NCBI GenBank assembly: GCA_963778655.1
Contig: CAVZVA010000003.1
Span: 800,001 to 864,000, forward strand
Direction: 5' to 3'
Length of the DNA: 64,000 nucleotides
Source of the DNA: an uncultured delta proteobacterium
Lineage (GTDB): Bacteria > Myxococcota_A > Polyangia > Polyangiales > JAFGIB01
Part shown: positions 9,323 through 19,693 of the stretch, piece by piece
How positions within the stretch are numbered: position 1 is the stretch's first letter
How the letters are laid out: every line of letters begins with the position of its first letter
Made by a program: the position numbers and the translations under genes
Notes under the pieces: model-generated
Databases searched by the model: none
What the model saw: the letters and a program-made list of their open reading frames with translations, nothing else
What the model was told of the DNA's origin: nothing

Positions 9323-11860
9323 CTACTTGAGCTGCGCGAGCGCGGTCTTGGCCGCGCCGTTGTTGGGGTCGAGCTGCAGCGCGTGCTGATAGGCGGCGCG
9401 CGCACGGTCGCGATCGCCCTTGGTCAGGTAGGCACGGCCGAGCGCGGCGTGGAAACCCGAGGAGCTGGGCTGCAGCCGGACGGCGCGCGAGTAGGCGGCG
9501 ATCGCGGCATTGGCGTTGCCCGCCGCCAGGCGCGACGCGGCGAGCCCCGCAAATGCGCCGGCATCGGATGGGTTCTGCTGGGTCGCCTTCTCGTACGCGG
9601 CCGCGGCCTCGTCGTAGCGCCCGGCGCGGTAAGAAGCGCGCGCTTGCTCCTTGTACTCCTCGGCCTTGGCCAAGCGTTCGGCGCGCGAGCCTCGCGCTGG
9701 CGCGACGCGGGCCTCGCCGCTCTGGGCTTGCGCGCGCCCGGCGGTGTTGGCCGCGGTCAGCTCCGCGCTGCGCTCGGTGCCCAGCGTGTCTTCAGCGGCG
9801 GGCTGCGCGGCGGCGGCCGGGTCGGCCGACGCGGCGGCCGGAGGCTCTGGGTTTGCCTCCGGATCGGAGGGCGCGGCGGCGCTTGGCTCGCCTGCGGCCT
9901 GGGCGCTGCCGGCAGCCGGCTCGGCCCCGGCCGGCTCGCCGGCTTGGGCGGCAGCAGCGGGAGCCGCTTGCGGTGCGCTCGGGGCGGCGGCTGCGGCCGT
10001 CGGTGTCGCCGAGCCCGAAGCAGGCGCGGTGGCCGAGCCCGCGTGCTCGTCGGTCCAGCCCTGAGGCGCCGGCTTGGCCGGCGACGGATGGGTCCACGCG
10101 CGCACCATCACGACCACCGCGAGCAGGGCGGCCGCGCCGCCGCCGATCCACAACGGCAAGCGTCCGGCGCCCGGCCTGGGACGCTGGGCGAGCACGGTCC
10201 CTTCGGGGTCGGCCTCGACCGGCGGCTCGGCCGGGGGGGCGGCACCCTCGAGCACGGTCGCTGGACCCTCGTCGTTGAGCGGACGGAAGATCTGCGTGGG
10301 CAGCGCTTCCTGCAGCGTGCTCGGAACGGCCTCCGGAGGCACCTCGTCCTCGAACAGCGACTCGACGTCGAACTGCACCGAGCGGCGGCCGCCCCCTGCG
10401 GCCGCTGCGGCCGCCTCGGGTTCCGGCGCCGGGACCGGCTCGGCCGCGGGGGATGCGGCGACCGGCCCGGTACCTTCGATGATGCGCGCGGGGCCGGCCG
10501 GGTCGGACTCGGGATCGGCGGCCACCGCATCCTGCACGCTGGCTAGCTGCGATCGGTCGAGCGCCTCGGCCGGCGCGTCTTGCACGCCGGTTGGCTGCGA
10601 TGGCGCGGGCGACTCCGCGACCGCGGGCTCGGGCTGGCTCGCGGGCTCGAGCGGCGGCGCGGGCTCGAGCGGCGGCGCGGGCTCGGCCGCGGCCTGCGAC
10701 TGCGGCGCGGGCTCCGGCGCGGGCTCGGCGGCGGGCGCGCCGTCTTCGGGGACGGCGAGCTCCTCGAGGTCGTCGTCGCCCAGCAACAGGGTCTTGGGGG
10801 CGGGGTCGAGCGGGATGCCGAGCTCCTCGAGATCCAGCTCCTCGGTCGGCAGCTCGACAGCCCCCGACGTGCGGCCCGCGGCCGCGGCGCCGCCGGCATG
10901 GCGGGGCGGTTGGCTAACCGCCGGCGCGCGCGTGCCCAGCGCCGGCAGCGGCGTGCCGGGCGGCAGCAATGGCTCGAGCGTGCGCCGCACCTGCTGGGCG
11001 GAAAACGGCCGCTGGCGCGGTTCCTTGGCCAGCAACCCGAGCAGCAGGGTGCGGGCCTGATGGGGCAGCTCCAGCGTGAGCTCCGGCGGCGCAAGGTTCT
11101 TGTGCGCCTCGAGCACGGCGGCCACGTCGTCGTCCGCAAACGGGGGCTTGCCCGAAAGCATCTCGAACAGCACGCAGCCGAGCGCGTACAGATCGCTGCG
11201 GAAACTGACCAGCTTGCCCGCGACCTGCTCGGGCGAGATGTACGCGGGCGTGCCGATCAGATCGAAGACCGAGCCGGTGGGCAGGCGCGCTGCCACGCCG
11301 GCGTCGATCAGCTTGGCGACGGGCACCGGGGCGTCCGCGCTCGGCTCGAGCAGGATGTGGCCGGGCTTGACGTCGCGGTGCAGCAGGCCGTTGCGCTGCA
11401 GCTCGTCGAGCGCGCTGGCGACCTGCGCGGTGATGCCGAGCGCCTCGGAAGGCTCGAGCTTGCCCAGCCTGCGGATGCGTTGAGCCAGCGATTCCCCCGG
11501 GATCAGCTCGCGGAACATCCACAGCGCGTGCGTCAGCTCGCCCCCGTCGATGATGCGCGGCAGCCCGGCGTGAACCAGCCGGGTCTGCTTGCGCAGCTCG
11601 CGCTTGAGTCGAACCCGCTCCGAAGCCTCGAAGCCCGCCAGCGGGATCACCTTGAGCAGGCCGCGGTAGCCGCTCTGCGGCTGAGTCGCGAGGTAGCAGG
11701 TGCCGGTCTTGCCCTGGGCAAACGGCTCGAAGTCCGCCAGCTTGTCGCGCAGCGCGGCCGGCACATCGGGCACCTGGACCGTGCGCGTGGGCGCACCGTC
11801 GCTCGCGCATACTGACTGCGAGTCCGCCAGCAACAGGTGACAGTAAGAACAGACGCGCAT
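9323..11860 (-). CDS. Membrane Ser/Thr kinase-like protein with C-terminal TPR
   Basis: N-terminal CxxC...CxxDG; HRDVKPGH; DAG; GTPAYISPEQ; Pro/Ala/Glu linker; TM segment; TPRs. Confidence 0.88.
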   Translation of the reverse strand: MRVCSYCHLLLADSQSVCASDGAPTRTVQVPDVPAALRDKLADFEPFAQGKTGTCYLATQPQSGYRGLLKVIPLAGFEASERVRLKRELRKQTRLVHAGLPRIIDGGELTHALWMFRELIPGESLAQRIRRLGKLEPSEALGITAQVASALDELQRNGLLHRDVKPGHILLEPSADAPVPVAKLIDAGVAARLPTGSVFDLIGTPAYISPEQVAGKLVSFRSDLYALGCVLFEMLSGKPPFADDDVAAVLEAHKNLAPPELTLELPHQARTLLLGLLAKEPRQRPFSAQQVRRTLEPLLPPGTPLPALGTRAPAVSQPPRHAGGAAAAGRTSGAVELPTEELDLEELGIPLDPAPKTLLLGDDDLEELAVPEDGAPAAEPAPEPAPQSQAAAEPAPPLEPAPPLEPASQPEPAVAESPAPSQPTGVQDAPAEALDRSQLASVQDAVAADPESDPAGPARIIEGTGPVAASPAAEPVPAPEPEAAAAAAGGGRRSVQFDVESLFEDEVPPEAVPSTLQEALPTQIFRPLNDEGPATVLEGAAPPAEPPVEADPEGTVLAQRPRPGAGRLPLWIGGGAAALLAVVVMVRAWTHPSPAKPAPQGWTDEHAGSATAPASGSATPTAAAAAPSAPQAAPAAAAQAGEPAGAEPAAGSAQAAGEPSAAAPSDPEANPEPPAAASADPAAAAQPAAEDTLGTERSAELTAANTAGRAQAQSGEARVAPARGSRAERLAKAEEYKEQARASYRAGRYDEAAAAYEKATQQNPSDAGAFAGLAASRLAAGNANAAIAAYSRAVRLQPSSSGFHAALGRAYLTKGDRDRARAAYQHALQLDPNNGAAKTALAQLK

Positions 11861-12040
11861 GGCCCCGGAAGGCGTTGGGCTCCTCGGCTTCGGCTCGGGT
11901 GGCCGCGATCGCGGCGAGGGCCATGGAGTTTATGCCGCCATCACCCAATGTTCAACGCGCGGCGCCGGAACCCCGGTTTGCGCCGCAGATCGGCCGCCGT
12001 CGCCCCGAGCAGACCGGCGGCGCGGCGCGGGCGGGCCGGC

Positions 12041-13159
12041 TCAGGCGGCGTTGCGCGCCAGCAACAGCTTGCGCACGAGCTCGAGCTCGGTGACCTCGTA
12101 CAGCACGGGCGGCACGGTCGCGCGCGGCGGCGAGAGCAGACCGAGCGCGCCGCTGTCCTCGAGCGCGCGCGCATCGGGCGCGTCGAGGATCAGGTGCAGG
12201 TTGCGCGAGCCCGCGGTGCTCGGCAGATCGGCCACGTCCACGATGCGCTTGCGGTCAATCGACAGCTCGGTACGCCCGCGTCGAATCAGCAAGCGCGCAT
12301 CGGTCAGCACATACTCGGTGCTGGAGCCGTCCGCACGCGCGCCCCACACGCCGTGCCACAGCAGCGCCGCGCCCGAGGCGACGATGATCGAGCCGGCGAT
12401 CAAGATGGCCGAGAACAGCATCAGCCAGGTCAGCGAGATGACGGGCAGGCCGGCGTGCTCCAGGCCGACCAGAATGCCGAGCGCGCGGTAGCCGTAGAAC
12501 GTGCCCACCCCCAGCACGAGCAGACCGGTGACCGCGGTCAGGGCTTCCGCGGGGCCCAGCCGCCAGCCTGCGGGACCGCCGCCCCACAGCACCACCTCAC
12601 CGCGGTCCAGGCGGTCGGTGAGCTGTACGTCGGCGTAGCCGGCGAACTCGGCCGGCTCGGCGCCGCGGATCAAGGCGAACAGGATGTCGGGCGCGACCAC
12701 GTCGTGCAGCAGCAGGCGCTGCTTGCGCGCGAGCGGGCCGAACGGCACTGCGCGCACCAGCTCGAGGTGACCCACGCCGGGCACGCTGCGGTGCCAGTGG
12801 ATGCGCGCGTAGGTGATGGCGGCGCGGTCGATGGTGCGGCGCAGCTGGCCGCGCTTCCAGATCACCTGGCGGTCGGTGACCATGTACTCGCACGGGTCGA
12901 GCGCGTAGCGGGGCATCAAGCGCACCGCCACCGCGGTCATCAGAAAGTAGAAGGCGGTGCACGAGGTTGCGCGCACCGCGGCGATGCCCGATTCCACCAG
13001 CAGCCCCGCGAACAGCGCGGTGATCACGGACAGCGCGAGCAGCAAGCCGGGCACGATCGTCCAGCGCAGATCACGCGGCACACCGGGCTTGGGCCCACCC
13101 CGCCAGAGCACCTGCTCGGTGGGCAAGAGGCGCCAGGAACGGTCCACTGCTGCGCTCAT
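12041..13159 (-). CDS. Membrane protein with duplicated bacterial-PH-like modules
   Basis: Internal two-fold repeat: LPTEQVLWRGGP / LDRGEVVLWGGGP and EYMVTDRQVIWKRG / EYVLTDARLLIRRG, each half with TM helices. Confidence 0.7.
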   Translation of the reverse strand: MSAAVDRSWRLLPTEQVLWRGGPKPGVPRDLRWTIVPGLLLALSVITALFAGLLVESGIAAVRATSCTAFYFLMTAVAVRLMPRYALDPCEYMVTDRQVIWKRGQLRRTIDRAAITYARIHWHRSVPGVGHLELVRAVPFGPLARKQRLLLHDVVAPDILFALIRGAEPAEFAGYADVQLTDRLDRGEVVLWGGGPAGWRLGPAEALTAVTGLLVLGVGTFYGYRALGILVGLEHAGLPVISLTWLMLFSAILIAGSIIVASGAALLWHGVWGARADGSSTEYVLTDARLLIRRGRTELSIDRKRIVDVADLPSTAGSRNLHLILDAPDARALEDSGALGLLSPPRATVPPVLYEVTELELVRKLLLARNAA

Positions 13160-13256
13160 GACCGGCTTCGCTTACTGTAAGGGTTACAATCGCAATTCAA
13201 GTCTACGCCCTGCCGGCCCACCTGCAATGCATGAGTAGCCACGCACTCGCCCCCAC

Positions 13257-14102
13257 ATGACGATTGCAAACCCGATTTCGCAGGAGCTGGCGCGCGCCGC
13301 GGACGCGGTACGGGCGCGCGACGGCGTGGCGCCGGCGGTGGGCCTGGTGCTGGGCTCGGGACTGGGCGCGTTTGCGGACACGCTCGCGAACAGGTGCGCG
13401 ATTCCGTACGGCGAGATTCCGGGAATGGCGGCGTCCACCGTGCAGGGCCATGCGGGCCGGCTGGTGCTGGGCCACCACCTGGGGCTGGGCGTGGCGGCCA
13501 TGCAAGGACGCGTGCACCTGTACGAGGGGCACACGCCGGCGCGGGTCGTGCTCGGGGTGCGCTTGATGATCGCCTTGGGCGCGCGCACGGTAGTGCTGAC
13601 CAACGCGGCCGGCGGCATCCGACCCGACCTGGTTCCGGGCACGCTGATGTTGATCGAAGATCACCTCAACCTGACCGGCCAGAGCTGCCTGCTCGGGCCC
13701 AACGATGACGCGCTCGGGCCGCGCTTTCCGCAGCTGAGCGACGCCTACGATCCGGTGCTGCGGGCGCTGGCCGCGGCCGTGGCCGGGCGCGAGGGCTTCG
13801 AGCTGCGCTCGGGCGTGTACGCAGGGCTGCTGGGGCCGAGCTACGAGACGCCGGCCGAGATCCGCATGCTGCGAGCCCTGGGCGCCGACGCGGTGGGCAT
13901 GAGCACCGTGCTCGAAACCATCGCCGCGCGCCACATGGGCGCACGTTGCCTGGCTGTTTCGTGCATTACCAATCGCGCGGCGGGGCTCGATGCCAAGGCC
14001 CCGAGCCATGCCGAGGTGCAGGCCAGCGCGCAAGCCGCGCGCAGTCGCTTCGAGGCCCTGCTCGGCGGCGTGCTGGCCCAGCTCGCGCAGGGGCGGGCAT
14101 GA
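13257..14102 (+). CDS. punA: Purine-nucleoside phosphorylase (trimeric type)
   Basis: GLVLGSGLG, QGRVHLYEG, GPSYETPAE, VGMSTVLE. Confidence 0.93.
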   Translation: MTIANPISQELARAADAVRARDGVAPAVGLVLGSGLGAFADTLANRCAIPYGEIPGMAASTVQGHAGRLVLGHHLGLGVAAMQGRVHLYEGHTPARVVLGVRLMIALGARTVVLTNAAGGIRPDLVPGTLMLIEDHLNLTGQSCLLGPNDDALGPRFPQLSDAYDPVLRALAAAVAGREGFELRSGVYAGLLGPSYETPAEIRMLRALGADAVGMSTVLETIAARHMGARCLAVSCITNRAAGLDAKAPSHAEVQASAQAARSRFEALLGGVLAQLAQGRA

Positions 14103-14506
14103 GCGTGGGCGCGATCGATTGGGCCGCGCTCAGGGCGCGGGCGGAGGCGGGGCTGGCGCACGCGTACGCGCCTTACTCCGGCTTTCGAGTGTCGGCTGCG
14201 CTGCTGACCGAGGACGGGCGCAGCTTTCCCGGCGTCAACGTAGAGAACGCCAGCTACGGGCTGACGGTGTGCGCGGAGCGCAACGCGCTGGCGGCCGCGG
14301 TCGCGCACGGCGTGCGCCGTGTGCGCGCGCTGGTGGTGGTGTGCTCGGGGGCAGCGCCGCCCTCGCCCTGTGGCGCGTGCCGCCAGGTGCTGTGCGAGTT
14401 TCCGCCTGCGTTCGAGCTGCGCTGCTACGGAGCCGGCGGCGCCGAGCTGTACCTGCGCAGCGACCAGCTGTTGCCCCACGCTTTCGGCACGGGCAACCTC
14501 GGCTGA
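14099..14506 (+). CDS. cdd: Cytidine deaminase (homotetrameric type)
   Basis: AYAPYSGFRV, NVENASYGLTVCAERNA, PCGACRQ; ATGA overlap with punA. Confidence 0.95.
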   Translation: MSVGAIDWAALRARAEAGLAHAYAPYSGFRVSAALLTEDGRSFPGVNVENASYGLTVCAERNALAAAVAHGVRRVRALVVVCSGAAPPSPCGACRQVLCEFPPAFELRCYGAGGAELYLRSDQLLPHAFGTGNLG

Positions 14507-14547
14507 GCTCGGCGCACGCGCACGCGCAGGGTTCCGTTTGTCGGACC

Positions 14548-14671
14548 ACAGGAAGACAGGAAGACGGGAAGGATCCGGTTTCGAGCAGATGACGCAGGCA
14601 GAGCCTGAGCCTGCATCGGGAAGTCCGGGGCTCGCGCTTCTCGCTCTCTTCCCGCCTTCCTGTCTTCCTGT
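14548..14671. repeat. REP-like inverted-repeat element, copy A
   Basis: acaggaag-acaggaag-acgggaag ... cttcccgc-cttcctgt-cttcctgt, 76-bp spacer. Confidence 0.85.
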
Positions 14672-14701
14672 TTCATGTCGGGCGGCGCGGGCGGCGGGCG
14701 C

Positions 14702-17700
14702 TCAGTTGTCCTCGTCCAGCTCGACGCCCCAGCCTTTGAGCTTCTTCTGGATCTCGGCGCGGTCGATGGCCGCGACGGCGGCGATCTCGATGTAGCGCTT
14801 GTACAGACGGATGGCCGCGGTGCGATCGCCGCGGGCCTCGGCGTTCTCGCCAGCCAGGCGGTTGGCGTCGGGCAGCCAGTAGGGCATGGGGTCCTTCGCG
14901 GCGCCGAGCTCGAGCGCGTGCTTGACGCTTGCACCCGAGGCGCCACGGTCGCCGGAATCGGCCTCCAGCATCGCCAGCCGGTACCACCACTCCCCGCGCG
15001 TCGCGTCCTTGTCGAGCGCGGTGCGGTAGGCGCGGATCGCGTCGGCTTTCTGGCGCAGCTGGTCGTAGCAGTCGCCCTCCACCGCATAGGCGTCGGTGCG
15101 CGCGGGATTGAGCTTGAGCGCCTTGTTCAGATCGTTGAGCGCATCCTTGACCGCCCCCATACGCAAGCGCACCACCGCGCGCACCCAGTAGGCGTCTCCC
15201 GTGTTGGGGTCGAACTTGAGCGCGGCGGCAACTTCCTCCAGCGTGCGCCCCAGGTTGCCCATCTCGAGCGAGGCGCGGGCGACGTAGAGGTGGTATTCGG
15301 CCTTGGTGCCGTCGAGGCTGACGGCACGGTCGAAATGCGTCAGCGCATCGGGCGTGCGGCCGCGCCCGAACGCGACCCGGCCGATGAAGTACTCGGCCTC
15401 GGCGGAGTTCGGCAGCTCGCGGATCACCTTGGCCAGCGTCTGCTCGGCCGCGTCGAGCTGGTTGGATGCGACCTGGGCGGCGCCCAGCCGCAGCAGCAAG
15501 CCGCTGTCGCCGGGATCCTTCTCCAGCGCGCCGGTATAGGCCTGCACCGCCTTGTCGAACTCACCGCGGGCCTCGAACAGCAAGCCGTTCTGCTCCGCGA
15601 GCCCGGCGTAGGCCGGGTCGCGCTTGCCGATCTCGTCGAGTGTCTTCTGCGCCTGGTCGAGGTCACCGTGCTTGCGCAGGGCCACGCCCATGCCGAACAT
15701 CGCGTCGACGTCGTGGGGGTCGAGCTCGAGTGCGCGCTGGAACTCGTGGATCGCGCTCTCGAGCCGGTTGCGGGCCATCTCGGACTGGCCGAGCATGCGC
15801 CGCATCTCCGCGGTCTCCTCCACGTGCGAGGCCGCCTCGTTCAGCACGTCGGAAGCCTTGCCGGCTTCGCTCTTCTTGAAAAAGAACTGCGCCAGCGCGA
15901 GATAGCCGTCGAACTTCTTGGGCGCCAGCTCGATCGAGCGCCGGAACTGGGTCTCGGCCTGGTCCGCATTGCCGAGCAACTCCGCGGCCTCGCCCAGCGC
16001 GAGCACCACCTCGGCGTCGTTGGGCAGCGCCTTGTTCAGCTCGTCGAGCTTGACTTGCGCCTCTTGGCCGCGCTGCAGCGAGATCAACGCGCGCGCGATG
16101 CCGAGCTTGGCCTCCGCATCGGCCTTGCGGCCGCTGAGCACGGTCGGGTTCTCGCCGCCCTTGGTGGCGGCGCTGAGCGCCGATTCGAAGCGCGCCTGCG
16201 CGTCGGCGTCGCGCTTCTCGCGCAGCAGCACGCGGCCCGACCCGAGCAGCGCCTCCACCCGGTAGGGGTCGGCCGCCAGCGCCTGCTCGTAGGCCTGACG
16301 CGCGGCGTGCAGGCGGCCGCGGCTCTCGTGGATGTAGCCGAGCAGCGCGTACCCGGAGGACAACGACGGCTTGGAGCTAGCCAGATACTGGTCCTCCTCG
16401 GTGGGCTCGAGGCCCAGCGCCACGTTCAGCATGTGCTGCGCGCGCTCCTCCTTGCCCTGCGTCCACAAGATGCGGGCCTCGGCCAGACGCGCGTCGACGT
16501 GCATCGGGCTCAGCTTGAGCGTCTCGTTGACCGCAGCCGACTGCGCCTCGAGATCGCCTCGCCGCAGGGCGATACGCGCCAGGCCCCACTGCGCGCGCGC
16601 CGCACCGCCGAGCTGCAGCGCTTTGCCGAAAGCCTTCTCCGCGGCGTCTAGCTTGCCCTGCGCGAGCGCGGCTTCACCGGCCACCAGCTCGACGTAGGGA
16701 TCGCTCGGCGCCTGCGCGCGCGCCGCCGACAGCGGCGCGTCCAGCTCGCCCCATTGCTTGCGGCGCAGCGCTTCGGCGGCACGCGCCAGATCCATGCCGG
16801 GCGCCTGCCACGAGCGCTCTTCCAGGCGCTTGGAGATGGCCGCGGCGTGAGCCGAGATGTTCGGGTCCTCGCCGAAGCGCACCACGAACAGCGCGTGGTG
16901 CAACAGGCTGCGCGTGAGCAGCTCGCGGTTGAGCCCGGCCTTGCCGCGCGCGTCGCCCAGCTCGTTGAGCGAGCGCCGTACGTCGGCGTAGGTGTCGGTG
17001 GCGGCGATCTTCTCGGCCTTTTCGATCGCGCTGTGGGCGAACTGCTGGCTGCCCGCTTCGGGCAGCCAGCGCTCCCAGAAGTAGATGCCGAACACGCCGT
17101 ACTGGGTGAAGGTCAGCGCGGCTCCGCCGGCGCCCAGCAACACCAGCAAGAATCGCCACCCGCATCACGATGGTGACGGTGCGGCGCCCGCGCTCGGCTT
17201 GCTTGGCCTCGAACTCCTCACCGCGCTGGCGGCGCAGCACCTCGGGCGGCAGCGACATCCCGCGCATGCCCTCGTCCGAGATGCCGAACTCCATCTCTTC
17301 GTCGCCCTCGTCGCCCTCCTGGAACTCGGCCTCGCCGAAGGCGCCGTCGCCCTCGTCGAACGACTCATCGCCCAGGTCGTCCAGCTCCTCGGCGTCGGGC
17401 TCGAGCTCCTCGATCTCCGCGGCACCGCCGGACCGGGCGCGCGCCACGGGCGGAGGAACCGGCGGGCGCGGCCGCCCGGGCTCGGGGTCGGGCTCGAGCC
17501 CGCTGAAGCTGACCTCGTCGTCGTCGCCCATCAGCGACGGCGGCAGGTCGGAATCGCCGTCGTCGAGCTTCAGAATCGCCGAAGCTCGACTCGTCGGTCA
17601 GGTCGAGCGCACGCGAGGTGCCCATGCCTTGCACGGTCTTGGCCTTGGGCGGCAGCAGATCGGCGGTGGGCTTGGGCGGCGGCAGCTCGATGTCACCGAA

Positions 17701-19176
17701 GACATCCTCGCCGCCCGCGCTTTCTTCCGGCAGGGGAGGCAAGTCGGGCAGCGCCAGGTCGATATCCGCAAAGCTCGATTCATCGTGCTTGGGCGCGAGC
17801 AGATCGCCCTTGGGTCCCGGCAGGTCGAGCTCGCCGAACCCCCCGTCGCCACGCGGCGTCGGCAGATCGAGATCACCGAAGCTGGTGCCGCCGCTCTTGC
17901 GCGAGGGCAAATCCATGTCCGCCTTGGGCACCGGCAGATCGACGTTGGGCTTGAACGCGGGCAGGTCCGCGTTCTGCTTGGACGCCGGCAGGTCGGTCAG
18001 CTCGCGCGGCGCCGGCAGGTCGGCGCCGCCCACCGGCGCGGGCAGGTCGGCCAGCTCGCGCGGCGCCGGCAGGTCCGCCATGCCCTTGGTCGCGGGCAGA
18101 TCCGCGACCCCGCGGGCGGTCGCGGGCAGATCGGTCACGTCCTTGGGCGCGGGCAGATCCGAATCGCCAAAGCCGCCGCTGCCGAGCCTGGTCGCTGTCG
18201 CAAGCCTGGGCGCGGCCGGCTTGGCGGGCCGGGGCGGAGGCGCCGGCCGGGAGGCCAGGGGCGGAGGCGCGGCCGGCTTGGGCGCGGCCTTGGGCGCGGG
18301 CAAGTCGAGATCGCCGAACGCATCGGCGCCGCCGGCCACCACCGGGGGCCGTGGCGCGGGCGCGGGCTTCGGCGCGGCGGCGGGCGCGGGCTTCGGCGCG
18401 GCGGCGGGCACGCGCGGCGCCGGTAAGTCCACCTCGACCTTGGGCGCGGGCAGGTCTTCGACGTAGATCCGCGAGACGCTCAGGTCCTGGGTGTCGGCTG
18501 CGGGCTTGAGCGCGGGCAAGTCCTCGGGCACGTCGATGCCGGACACCGGCTCCTGCTCGCCCTCTTCGATGTCCAGCTCGAGCGCTCGTGGGGCCGCGGG
18601 CCGCGGCGGCGCGATGCCGGTGCCGAGCATGGTCGCCCCGAACGCGCCCTTGGCGGCGGCGGTCTTGCCCGCGGCCGAAGCAACCCTGGGAGCAGGCGCG
18701 GGCACGACCTTCGCCGCCACCGGAACACCGGGTCCGGCATCGCGTGGCGGCGGCACAATCGAGCCGGTGGGCGGTCCCTCCGGCGGCGAGGATGGGGGCG
18801 CGACGCCCATCGCGGTCCTGAGCTTGGGCGCGGCGACCGGGACCGCAGGCGCGGGACGCGGCGGCGCGATCGGAGCGCGGGGTGCGGCCACCGCGCCCTG
18901 ACCGAGCAGCGTGCCCTTGGGATTGAAGGGCGGCGCGATCGCGGGCGGCGGCGCAATCGGCGCCGGTGCCGCGACCGCCGCTGTGCGCGGGGCACCGGCC
19001 GCGGGTGGCGGCGCGATCGGCGGCGGTGCAGCGGCGCCTTCAGGGGCCACGCCCTGCTTGTTGACGCTGAAGCTCGCGCCGCACTTCGGACAGCGCATCT
19101 TCATGCCCTTGTCGGGAATGCGACGCGGGTCCAGCTCGTACGGCGCTTTGCAGGAAACGCACTCGACTTTGAGCAT
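14702..19176 (-). CDS. Zinc-ribbon (MJ0042-like) / Pro-rich / TM / periplasmic TPR protein, about 1490 aa, interrupted by two +1 frameshifts
   Basis: MLKVECVSCKAPYE...MRCPKCG; three consecutive reading frames join after removing one base at about 17574 and one at about 17151; 4475-2=4473 nt, divisible by 3. Confidence 0.85.
17900..18165 (-). repeat. Coding 27-bp (9-aa) degenerate tandem repeat xxxDLPAxx
   Basis: DSDLPAPK DVTDLPATAR GVADLPATK GMADLPAPR ELADLPAPV GGADLPAPR ELTDLPASK QNADLPAFK PNVDLPVPK ADMDLPSRK. Confidence 0.8.
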
Positions 19177-19398
19177 GGGATCGACCGAGACCCTCTCGCG
19201 CGAGGAAGCGCGCGAAGTGGGATGCGCGTGAACCGCGGGGGCGAGCGCCAGCCGGGCTCGGGTGGCGCTCGATCAGGATAACACGGCTCCCCGCATCGGC
19301 CCCAACCACGCGCAAGAGCGCCGCGGCGGCGGTCGCGGGCGCAGGCGCGGCGGCGCCCAGGTTGACGATCGGCGGCGGCAGCGGCTACAGATGTAGTT

Positions 19399-19686
19399 GT
19401 GAAGCGCACGATCACCCTGGAAATCGCAGGTACGAGGTTCCGCTTGATCTCCGACGCCGATCAGGACCACCTGCAGGCGCTCGCCGGCATGATCAACGAA
19501 CGGGTGGGCAAGATGAGCCGCGCGGGCGCGCGCAGCAGCGCGTCGTCGGGCCAGCTGCTTGCGCTGGCGGCGCTGGACTTGGCCGACGAGCTCAAGAGCG
19601 CGCAGGCCAAGCTGGAGGAAGTCGAGCGGCTGACGCGCAGCGCCATCGCCAACGCCATCGCGCGCATCGACAGCCACCTAGGCTGA
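19399..19686 (+). CDS. zapA: Cell division protein ZapA
   Basis: ITLEIAGTRFRL...LAALDLADEL plus coiled coil; sits directly upstream of ygfA. Confidence 0.85.
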   Translation: MKRTITLEIAGTRFRLISDADQDHLQALAGMINERVGKMSRAGARSSASSGQLLALAALDLADELKSAQAKLEEVERLTRSAIANAIARIDSHLG

Positions 19687-19693
19687 AGCGCAC

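Noticed and set aside
2013..14506. Nucleotidase, punA and cdd as one salvage or defence system
   Set aside because: The nucleotidase is 10 kb away, separated by unrelated genes; punA-cdd is an ordinary pairing
17140..17580. Programmed ribosomal frameshifting or phase variation in the zinc-ribbon/TPR gene
   Set aside because: No slippery heptamer or homopolymer tract; the same lesion occurs on the opposite strand sense in the nitrilase gene, which favours a DNA-level or sequencing cause
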